Source: Ornithinibacter sp.
GTDB taxonomy: Bacteria; Actinomycetota; Actinomycetes; Actinomycetales; Dermatophilaceae
Assembly (NCBI GenBank): GCA_035702525.1
Contig: DASSQL010000367.1
Location: 1 to 55,238, forward strand
Length of the DNA: 55,238 nucleotides
Reading direction: 5' to 3'
In this document: piece by piece, positions 28,655 to 36,552 of the stretch
Numbering within the stretch: position 1 is the first letter of the stretch
Layout of the letters: every line of letters begins with the position of its first letter
The notes under the pieces: model-generated
Told to the model about the DNA's origin: nothing
The model's input: the letters and a program-made list of their open reading frames with translations, nothing else
Databases searched by the model: none
Program-made: the position numbers and the translations under genes

Positions 28655-30646
28655 TCACGGTGCGGCGACGGCCGGCACCAGGTGCTTGCGGCCGGTGACC
28701 AGGGCGAGGGTGTAGCAGACCGCGACGACCCCGAGAAGGGCGTTGAAGCCGAGGATGAGGGCCAGGTACTCGAGCGCCCCGCCCACCATCGCGCCGAGCA
28801 GGTTCGCGCCGAACGCCGTGGTCGACTCCCCGACGCCCTTGAACCGCACCGCGAAGATCAGGTTGGCGACGAAGATCGGCAGGAACGCGATGGTCACCCC
28901 GGCGACGAACCGCGGCACCGGGCCGAGGTCGAGCAGGAGGTCGCCGGGCACCAGCCAGGCCAGGGCCAGGGCCGCCAGCAGTGCGGGGTAGAGCAGCACC
29001 GGCCGGGCGATGCGCACCCGCCGCGCCACCTCGATCGCCGCCAGCACGCTGAGCAGCACCCCGGCGAACACGGCGGCGTTCACCGCCCAGGTGGTGCCGA
29101 AGAGCAGGGCGAACTGCACGACGTTCTTGGTCTCGAGCAGCAGGAACGCGACCCCCATGAAGAACAGGTCGGTGTAGGGCGCCATCTGCTTGAGCGGGCC
29201 GCCCACCCAGCGCACCAGCACGAGCGACGCGACCAGCACCAGCCCGAGCATCCACAGGTAGAACGACGGGATGGTGCGCGTGCCGAGGTAGGGGAACGGC
29301 CGGTCGTCGACCGACGGCTCGAGCTCGCCCACGCGCGGGGTCCAGGTGGTCGTGCAGCCGCCGGTCGAGGCGTCGTCGCGCAGCGAGAGCACCGCCTGCT
29401 GGCGCTGGCCGTGCGTGGGCCCGAGCTGAACGCAGGGCGCGGTGCCGTAGACCGTGCGGATGGTGTTGGCATAGCGGTCGAGCAGCCACGGCTCGTAGTA
29501 GTTGTACATCGCGAACGTGCCGCCGCGCTCGAGCAGCGAGCGCGCTCGGGTCAGCGCCTGGGTGGTGAACAGGTAGTTCTCCAGGCGCAGGGCCGACTGG
29601 CCCGTGACGATCGTGGCCGAGTCGGGCAGCGCGAACAGCACGAGGTCGTAGCGCCCGGCGGTGCGCTCCATGAAGGCCCGCCCGTCGTCGACGTGCACCG
29701 TGACCCGCGGGTCGGAGTAGGGCCGGTCCGGGTGCCGGTCGCGCCCGATCTGCACCAGGGCCGGGTCGATCTCGACCGCGTCGACCCGCTTGGCTCCCTG
29801 GCTGAGCGCGACCGCGACGTCGTTGCCGGTGCCCGCACCGATGACGAGCACGTCGTCGTGCGGCCCGGCGTACGTGTAGGGGTAGAGGTAGAACGGTGAG
29901 TCCTTGGTGATCTGCGCGACCGAGGCGGTGGTCTGCAGCGGGGTGTTGTTCACGTCGATGCGCACGTTGCCGCCCGACGCGGTCTCGGTGTGGATCTTGT
30001 AGTACGGCGACCACTGGTAGGAGCCGACGAACGACTCCAGCCCCAGCATCACGACGACCGCCGTGATGCCGGCCGCCGGCAGCCACCGACGCGACCGCAC
30101 GCGGGGCCCGAGCAGGATGACGAAGACGGCGGCCGACACGCCCGCCCAGGCGAGCGGCGGCATCCGCAGGAACGACAGCCCGGCGAAGGTGACGATGCCG
30201 AGCAGCGAGCCCCCGATGTCGAGCCGGTAGGCGTCGAGCGGCTCGAACAGCGCGAAGGTGCGCGCGACCTCCTGGGCGAGGGTGCCCAGGGTCGCGACGG
30301 TGACCAGGAAGATCACCGTCAGCGACAGCCAGCGCGGGAGCGGGCCCAGGCCGAACGACCCGACCAGTGCCCACCCACCCGCGCCGGTGGTGCCGGTGCG
30401 CACCGAGAAGGTGAGCACGAAGGCCACGAGCAGGGCGAGCAGTGCCGGTGCGAGGGGGAACAGGTCGCGGCCGCGGCCGCCCCGCAGGAACCCCAGGCCG
30501 ATGCCGAGGAAGCTGGCGAGGAGCACGAAGTTGGTGAGGTGCACCAGGTAGAGGTTGTTCGACGACGTCCACCGGATCAGGGCGAGCTCGACGAAGAGCA
30601 TCAGCGCGCTGGCCAGCACCAGCCTGACCCGCGGCGAGAGCGTCAC
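28655..30646 (-). CDS. Membrane-embedded spermidine synthase-like / SAM-dependent transferase
   Basis: Start trimmed to GTG 30646 (TAGGGT -10 seven bp upstream, probably leaderless). N- and C-terminal TM bundles flank a Rossmann domain with VLVIGAGTGND, VEIDP, DDGRAF, DDRPFPY. Confidence 0.8.
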   Translation of the reverse strand: MTLSPRVRLVLASALMLFVELALIRWTSSNNLYLVHLTNFVLLASFLGIGLGFLRGGRGRDLFPLAPALLALLVAFVLTFSVRTGTTGAGGWALVGSFGLGPLPRWLSLTVIFLVTVATLGTLAQEVARTFALFEPLDAYRLDIGGSLLGIVTFAGLSFLRMPPLAWAGVSAAVFVILLGPRVRSRRWLPAAGITAVVVMLGLESFVGSYQWSPYYKIHTETASGGNVRIDVNNTPLQTTASVAQITKDSPFYLYPYTYAGPHDDVLVIGAGTGNDVAVALSQGAKRVDAVEIDPALVQIGRDRHPDRPYSDPRVTVHVDDGRAFMERTAGRYDLVLFALPDSATIVTGQSALRLENYLFTTQALTRARSLLERGGTFAMYNYYEPWLLDRYANTIRTVYGTAPCVQLGPTHGQRQQAVLSLRDDASTGGCTTTWTPRVGELEPSVDDRPFPYLGTRTIPSFYLWMLGLVLVASLVLVRWVGGPLKQMAPYTDLFFMGVAFLLLETKNVVQFALLFGTTWAVNAAVFAGVLLSVLAAIEVARRVRIARPVLLYPALLAALALAWLVPGDLLLDLGPVPRFVAGVTIAFLPIFVANLIFAVRFKGVGESTTAFGANLLGAMVGGALEYLALILGFNALLGVVAVCYTLALVTGRKHLVPAVAAP

Positions 30647-30733
30647 CCGCGCCACCCTAGGGGCAGCCTCGACGGGGGCTGCCGTTCCGCCCCGACCTGG
30701 GCCATGATCGGTCCACGACCCCGAGGACGGACC

Positions 30734-31810
30734 ATGCACTCCTTCGAGCACGACACCGGCGCGTCGCGGACCGTCTTCGGCGCGGGCACCGTGTCGCGGG
30801 TGCGCGACGAGCTGACCCGGGTGGGGGGCCGGCACGCCCTGGTGCTGTCGACCCCGGGCCAGCGGCGTCTCGCCGAGCAGGTGGCCACCGTGCTCGGCAA
30901 CGCCGGCGCAGGCGTGTTCGACGGCGCCGCCCCCCACACCCCGGTCGAGGTGACCGAGGCCGCCCTCGCCCGGGTCCGGGAGGTGGGCGCCGACTCGGTG
31001 GTGTCGATCGGCGGCGGCTCGACGACCGGGCTCGGCAAGGCGCTCGCCGCCCGCACCGGCATGCCGCACCTGGTGGTGCCCACGACCTACGCCGGCTCCG
31101 AGGTCACCTCGCTGCTCGGTGAGACCGCCGACGGCGAGAAGGTGACCCGAACCGGCCCGGAGATCCTGCCGCGGGTGGTCGTCTACGACGTGGCCCTCAC
31201 CACCACGCTGCCGTGGTCCGTCACCGTCACCAGCGCGGTGAACGCGATGGCCCACACGGTCGAGGCCCTCTACGCGGCCGACCGCACCGCCGAGTCCGAT
31301 GCGATGGCCGTCGAGGGGCTGGGCGCCCTGGCCGGCGGGCTGAGGTCGCTCCAGCACGAGCCCGACGACCTCGACGCGCGCGCCGACCTGCTCTACGGGG
31401 CGTGGCTGGCCGGGCGGTGCCTCGAGGCCGTCGGCATGGGGCTGCACCACAAGCTCTGCCACACCCTCGGCGGCAGCTTCGGCCTCCCGCACGCCGCCAC
31501 CCACACCGTGGTCCTTCCCCATGCCATGGCCTACAACGCACCGGCGGCGCCCGATGCCATGAGCGCCGCCGCCGCGGCCCTCGGGGTCGACGACGCCCCC
31601 TCCGGGCTGCAGGCGCTGGTCGCCCGGCTCGGCGGGCCGACCGACCTGCACCACCTCGGGTTCGCCCTCGGCGACGTGCCACGGGCCGCCGACCTGGCCA
31701 CCGCCCGCCCCTACCCCAACCCCAGACCGGTCCGGCGCGACGGCATCGTCGAGCTGCTCACCCACGCGACCGACGGCACCACCATCCACTCGACGAAGGA
31801 GAACCGATGA
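30734..31810 (+). CDS. Maleylacetate reductase (iron-containing alcohol dehydrogenase family)
   Basis: Start ATG 30734 with RBS GAGG. GGGSTTGLGKA, PTTYAGSE, NAMAH, MGLHHKLCHTLGG, PHAATH, PYPNPR. Confidence 0.88.
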   Translation: MHSFEHDTGASRTVFGAGTVSRVRDELTRVGGRHALVLSTPGQRRLAEQVATVLGNAGAGVFDGAAPHTPVEVTEAALARVREVGADSVVSIGGGSTTGLGKALAARTGMPHLVVPTTYAGSEVTSLLGETADGEKVTRTGPEILPRVVVYDVALTTTLPWSVTVTSAVNAMAHTVEALYAADRTAESDAMAVEGLGALAGGLRSLQHEPDDLDARADLLYGAWLAGRCLEAVGMGLHHKLCHTLGGSFGLPHAATHTVVLPHAMAYNAPAAPDAMSAAAAALGVDDAPSGLQALVARLGGPTDLHHLGFALGDVPRAADLATARPYPNPRPVRRDGIVELLTHATDGTTIHSTKENR

Positions 31811-32319
31811 CCACGCCCGACCCGTCCACCCCCACCCCGGCCGAGCTCGAGGCCCGCCGGGCGGAGATCCGCGCGGCCCACCTGCGCCCCACCGGGTCCC
31901 GGCCCGCCTCCACCGCCCGCGGGCTGCACCACACCGCCTTGATCAGCGGCGACGTCGAGCGCACCGTGCGCTTCTACCAGGACGTGCTCGGGTTCCCCCT
32001 GACCGAGCTGATCGAGAACCGCGACTACCCCGGCTCGTCGCACTTCTTCTTCGACATCGGCAACTCCAACCTGCTCGCGTTCTTCGACTTCCCCGGGCTC
32101 GACGTCGGGCCCTACGCCGAGGTGTTCGGGGGCCTGCACCACATGGCGATCTCGGTGGAGCCGGAGCGCTGGCACGCCCTGGTCGACCGGCTCGCCGAGG
32201 CCGGGGTCGAGCACGAGGTCCACAGCGGGGTGTCGGTCTACTTCCGCGACCCCGACGGCGCGCGCATCGAGCTCATCGCCGACCCGCTCGGCGAGATGTA
32301 CGGCAACCAGGTGCTCTAG
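31807..32319 (+). CDS. VOC (glyoxalase/dioxygenase) family protein
   Basis: ATGA overlap with the upstream gene; GLHHTAL, FYQDVLG, GLHHMAI, YFRDPDGARIEL. Confidence 0.9.
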   Translation: MTTPDPSTPTPAELEARRAEIRAAHLRPTGSRPASTARGLHHTALISGDVERTVRFYQDVLGFPLTELIENRDYPGSSHFFFDIGNSNLLAFFDFPGLDVGPYAEVFGGLHHMAISVEPERWHALVDRLAEAGVEHEVHSGVSVYFRDPDGARIELIADPLGEMYGNQVL

Positions 32320-32945
32320 GCCGAGGGCGCGCCGTCGGCGGCGGCCTCCGCGTCGGCCTCGACGAAGCCGCGGTGCAGTGCGTACAGCGCCTCGGTGAGC
32401 AGCTGGCGGTCGGTGCTGCGCGGCCGGGCGTGCCGGTGCAGCGCGAGCCCGTCGAGCAGCGCCACCACCATCGGCGCCCGCTCGTCGGCGTGGGCGATGC
32501 CCAGCGCCACCAGCGACGCCTCGGCACCCCGCTCGATGCTCGCCATGATCCGGTGGGCCGTGGGCTGCAGCTGCGGGCGGCGGCGGCACTCCAGGTAGAT
32601 CTCGAACTGCGCCACCGTGTCGGGTTCCGGCTCGGACATCACCGCGTCGACGAACCGGTCGATGGCCTCGCGGGGCCCCAGCTCGGCCTCGGCGACCTGG
32701 GCCGTGACGGCATCCACGCGTTGGACGATGCGCTCGCCCACCACGTGCAGCGCGGCGGCGACGAGCTGGTCGAGCGAGGAGAAGAAGTAGCTCGTCGTCG
32801 ACGTCGACATCCCGGCCCGCGCCGCGATCGCCCGGTGGGTCACCCCCGCGACGCCCTGCTCGGCGATGACCTCGACCGCGGCGTCGAGGAGGGCGGCCCG
32901 GCGCGCGCGGCCACTGGCCCGGTGGGTGGCTGGCCTGATCGACAT
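32316..32945 (-). CDS. TetR family transcriptional regulator
   Basis: Start trimmed to ATG 32945. RRAALLDAAVEVIAEQGVAGVTHRAIAARAGMSTSTTSYFF helix-turn-helix. Confidence 0.92.
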   Translation of the reverse strand: MSIRPATHRASGRARRAALLDAAVEVIAEQGVAGVTHRAIAARAGMSTSTTSYFFSSLDQLVAAALHVVGERIVQRVDAVTAQVAEAELGPREAIDRFVDAVMSEPEPDTVAQFEIYLECRRRPQLQPTAHRIMASIERGAEASLVALGIAHADERAPMVVALLDGLALHRHARPRSTDRQLLTEALYALHRGFVEADAEAAADGAPSA

Positions 32946-32962
32946 GACCCGAGTGTGCCAAG

Positions 32963-32984
32963 AGTCTGGACATTCGTCCAGACT
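32963..32984. promoter_or_regulatory. Putative TetR operator in divergent promoter region
   Basis: AGTCTGGAC-ATTC-GTCCAGACT perfect 9-bp inverted repeat, extended by GTGCCA/TGGCAC (32955-32993). Confidence 0.75.
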
Positions 32985-33038
32985 TGCTGGCACCCTTGGA
33001 CCGGGCAGGCCCGCCCGCACCACCTCAGGAGGCACCCC

Positions 33039-35318
33039 GTGGAGCACCTCTCCGCCCGCCAGCACGTCATCGACATGTGTCGCACGATGCTCGAGCGCGG
33101 CTACCTCAAGGCCACCGAGGGCAACGTCTCGGTGCGGGTGCCCGGTCGCCGCCTCTACGCCGTGACCCCCAGCAACTACTCGTACGACCGGATGCGCGTC
33201 GAGGACGTCTGCATCGTCGACTTCGACGGCAAGCACGTGCCCGACGACGACCGGCCCGGTGCCGCCCTGGCGCCCTCGATCGAGTGCGGCATGCACGCCA
33301 ACATCTACCGTGCCCGCCCGGACGTGCACGCGATCGTGCACACCCACCAGCCCTACGCCTCGGCCCTGGCGGTGCTGCGCCGCCCGATCCCCGCGCTCAC
33401 CGACGAACAGGTGCGCTTCCTCGGGCGTGAGGTCGCGGTCATCGACTACGCGCCGTCGGGCACCGGCTTCCTGGCCAGGAACGTGCAGAAGAAGATCACC
33501 AGCGGCGACAACGCGTTCATCCTCGCCAACCACGGCATCGTCGCCGTCGGAACCGACCCCGAGCGCGCCGTGTTCAACATGGCCCTGCTCGAGAAGGTGT
33601 CGATCGCCTACCTGCTGGCGCTGACCACCGAGTCGGGCAAGGTCTACACGATCCCCACCCCGATCCGTGAGATCGCCTTCGCCAAGCTGCGCAAGGACGA
33701 GAAGCGCATCGCCGCCCAGATCACCAAGTCCGTTCCCGTGGAACGAGTTCCGGATGCCGTGCCGCTCCCCAGCGCGGACGCGGCGGCCAGCGCCGTGGTG
33801 GCCGAGCGCGCGGCCTTCGCCGTGGCCGAGCCCGTCGTGCCGGCCGAGGCACCCGGTGCCGAGTCGGCCCGGCTCGGCTACGCGATCAGCAGCTACCCCG
33901 ACGTCGAGGCCACCATGGAGCGCCTGCGCGCCCTGGTCGACCAGCCGGTGCGCGGCCTGCGGCACGACGCCCTCAACGACGTGCTCGAGTGGTTCGAGAC
34001 CAAGTGCCAGGGCAGCAAGCAGCTCACCGACCGCGCGAAGTCGCGCATCCCGGGCGGGGTGCAGCACAACCTGGCCTTCAACCACCCGTTCCCGCTCGCG
34101 ATCGACCGCGCCGACGGCGCGCACCTCACCGACCGCGACGGGAACGTCTACATCGACTTCCTCCAGGCCGGCGGCCCGACCCTGCTCGGCAGCAACTACG
34201 CGCCGGTGAACGAGAAGGTCGCCGAGGTGGTGCGCGAGTCCGGGCCGGTCACCGGGCTCTTCCACGAGTACGAGCTCAAGCTGGCCGAGTCGATCCACCA
34301 CTACATGCCACACATCGAGATGTACCGCTCCCTCGGGTCGGGCACCGAGGCCGTGATGGCCGCCGTCCGCGCCGCGCGGGCGTTCACCGGCAACAAGGTC
34401 GTCATCAAGGTCGGCGGCGCGTACCACGGCTGGTCCGACACGCTCGTCTACGGCCTGCGGGTGCCGGGCACCTACCGGATGAACGCCAAGGGCATCCCGT
34501 TCGGAGCCACCAGCGCGACCCGGGAGGCCTTCCCGCACGACCTGGGCGCCCTGCGCCGCAAGCTCATCGAGAACCGGGTGCGCGGCGGTACCGCCGCCGT
34601 CGTGCTCGAGCCGCTCGGCCCCGAGTCGGGGACCCGCCCGGCGCCGGAGGACTACAACGCCCGGGTGCGCGAGCTGTGCGACGAGTTCGGCGCCCTGCTC
34701 GTCTTCGACGAGGTCGTGACCGGCTTCCGGGTCGGGATGGGCGGTGCCGCGGGCTACTTCGGCGTGACGCCCGACCTCACGGTGCTGGGCAAGGCCGTCT
34801 CGGGCGGTTACCCGATGGCCGGCGGCGTCGGCGGCCGCGAGGACGTCATGGCCGTGTTCGGCTCCGGCCTCGACGGCAAGAGTGGCGCGCACGTGCAGGT
34901 CGGCGGCACCCTGTCCGCCAACCCGCTCTCCTGCGCCGCCGGGTACTTCGCGATCGAGGAGATGGCCCGCACCAACGCCCCCGTCGTCGCGGGCCGCGCC
35001 GGTGACCGGCTGGCCGCCGGCCTGCAGCGGCTCGTCACGAAGCACGCCCTGCCGTACGTGGTCTACAACCAGGGCTCGATCGTCCACCTCGAGTGCAGCG
35101 GCGTGATGCTGCTCGACATGCACAACCCGGTCAAGCTCTTCAAGGAGAACAAGCCCCGCAAGCAGCTGATGGAGCAGATGGGTGCCGCCTACACGGCCAA
35201 CGGCATCATCACCCTGGCCGGCTCGCGGCTCTACACGTCGATGGCCGACACGGATGCCGTCATCGACGACGCGCTCGAGCGCTTCGACCGGGTCTTCTCG
35301 ATGGTCGACGGTGTCTGA
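33039..35318 (+). CDS. Fusion: class II aldolase (FucA-like) plus class III PLP aminotransferase (GSA-aminomutase-like)
   Basis: GTG 33039 with RBS AGGAGG; single 759-aa frame. N-domain: EGNVS, TPS, PSIE, HTH, LANHG. C-domain: SGTEA, GAYHG, LVFDEVVTGFR, DLTVLGK (PLP Lys), GTLSANP. Confidence 0.9.
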   Translation: MEHLSARQHVIDMCRTMLERGYLKATEGNVSVRVPGRRLYAVTPSNYSYDRMRVEDVCIVDFDGKHVPDDDRPGAALAPSIECGMHANIYRARPDVHAIVHTHQPYASALAVLRRPIPALTDEQVRFLGREVAVIDYAPSGTGFLARNVQKKITSGDNAFILANHGIVAVGTDPERAVFNMALLEKVSIAYLLALTTESGKVYTIPTPIREIAFAKLRKDEKRIAAQITKSVPVERVPDAVPLPSADAAASAVVAERAAFAVAEPVVPAEAPGAESARLGYAISSYPDVEATMERLRALVDQPVRGLRHDALNDVLEWFETKCQGSKQLTDRAKSRIPGGVQHNLAFNHPFPLAIDRADGAHLTDRDGNVYIDFLQAGGPTLLGSNYAPVNEKVAEVVRESGPVTGLFHEYELKLAESIHHYMPHIEMYRSLGSGTEAVMAAVRAARAFTGNKVVIKVGGAYHGWSDTLVYGLRVPGTYRMNAKGIPFGATSATREAFPHDLGALRRKLIENRVRGGTAAVVLEPLGPESGTRPAPEDYNARVRELCDEFGALLVFDEVVTGFRVGMGGAAGYFGVTPDLTVLGKAVSGGYPMAGGVGGREDVMAVFGSGLDGKSGAHVQVGGTLSANPLSCAAGYFAIEEMARTNAPVVAGRAGDRLAAGLQRLVTKHALPYVVYNQGSIVHLECSGVMLLDMHNPVKLFKENKPRKQLMEQMGAAYTANGIITLAGSRLYTSMADTDAVIDDALERFDRVFSMVDGV

Positions 35319-36552
35319 GCCCGCGCTGGGGCTGCCCCCCGCTCCGGTCCACCGGGTGCGCACCGCGCGCTGGGCCCTGCTCTTCGCCTTCGCCGCCCTC
35401 GTCGCGTCGACGCAGGTGCTCTGGCTGTCGTTCGCGCCGGTGACCACCCGCGCGGCCGAAGCGCTCGGTGTCTCCGAGGGTGCGATCGGCGACCTCGCCG
35501 TCGTCAACCCGGTGCTCTACGTGCTGCTCGCCATCCCGGCAGGCCGCTGGGCCGACCGCCGGTTCGGCATGGCCCTGTCCACCGGCGCTGCGCTCACCGC
35601 CGGGGGCGCGCTGCTGCGCGCGCTCAACCCCGACTCGTACGGGTGGGTGCTCGCGGGGCAGGTCGTGCTCTCGGTCGGCCAGCCGCTGGTGCTCAACGCG
35701 ACCACCAAGGTCGCGGCCCGCTGGTTCCCGGCGACCGAGCGCACCCGCGCGATCGCCGTCGGCAGCGGCGCCCAGTTCCTCGGCATCCTCGTCGCGGCGA
35801 CGACCGCGAGCGCCCTGATGGATGCCGGAGGCCTCTCGCTCCTGCTCGGGGTGCACGCCGCGTTCGCGGCCGTGGGCGCCGTCGCCCTCGTGGTCGCCCT
35901 CGCACTGGTGCCGCCCGCCTTCGCCCCGGATGCCGGGCCCGCACCGTCGCTGCGCTGGCTGCGGCACGACCGGCTCCTGCTCAAGCTCGCGGCCATGTTG
36001 TTCGTCGGGGTCGGCCTGTTCAACGCGCTGGCGACCTGGCTCGACCCGATCCTCGCCGACCTCGGCATGCCCAACGCCGGGGGCACCATCATCGCGACGA
36101 CGACCATCGCCGGCCTGGTCGGCACCGCCGTGCTGCCCGACCTCGCCGCGCGCCGGGACCGGCGCCGCACCGTGCTGCTCACCACGACCGTGCTCGCCGT
36201 CGTGGCCTTCCCGCTGGTCGCGGTGCTGCCGACCCTGTGGCTGGTCGCGGTCGCCCTCGCGGTCGTCGGGTTCTTCCTGCTGGCCGGCCTGCCCATCGCC
36301 CTGGACTGGTCCGAGCTCGAGGCCGGCCCGGAGCGGGCCGCCACGGCCACCGGCTTCCTGCTCCTGGCCGGCAACCTCGGTGGCGCGGTGCTCGTGCTCG
36401 CCGTGCAGGTCGTCGTCGGCAACCCGTACCTGGCCCTGGGGGCGTTCGCGCTCCTCGCCCTGCCCGGCGTGCTCGTCGCGAGCCGGCTGCCCTCGCACGG
36501 CGGGTCGCACCGTGACGACGAGTCCGCCGCCTCGCGGGACGCGGCCGGATGA
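35311..36552 (+). CDS. MFS transporter
   Basis: GTG 35311 overlaps the upstream stop; about 12 TM helices, motif A GRWADRRFG, WFPATERT. Confidence 0.9.
   Translation: MSEPALGLPPAPVHRVRTARWALLFAFAALVASTQVLWLSFAPVTTRAAEALGVSEGAIGDLAVVNPVLYVLLAIPAGRWADRRFGMALSTGAALTAGGALLRALNPDSYGWVLAGQVVLSVGQPLVLNATTKVAARWFPATERTRAIAVGSGAQFLGILVAATTASALMDAGGLSLLLGVHAAFAAVGAVALVVALALVPPAFAPDAGPAPSLRWLRHDRLLLKLAAMLFVGVGLFNALATWLDPILADLGMPNAGGTIIATTTIAGLVGTAVLPDLAARRDRRRTVLLTTTVLAVVAFPLVAVLPTLWLVAVALAVVGFFLLAGLPIALDWSELEAGPERAATATGFLLLAGNLGGAVLVLAVQVVVGNPYLALGAFALLALPGVLVASRLPSHGGSHRDDESAASRDAAG

Noticed and set aside
28655-31789. 1044-aa ORF as one protein; likewise the extended ORFs 32316-35507, 18197-20722 and 14668-18417
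   Set aside because: The upstream extensions overlap genuine genes on the other strand or frame; starts were trimmed to motif-, RBS- or -10-supported positions.
33870-35318. Calling the aminotransferase domain hemL
   Set aside because: It is fused to an aldolase, has an extra N-terminal extension and lies in a kinase/MFS operon with no tetrapyrrole genes; only the fold is shared.
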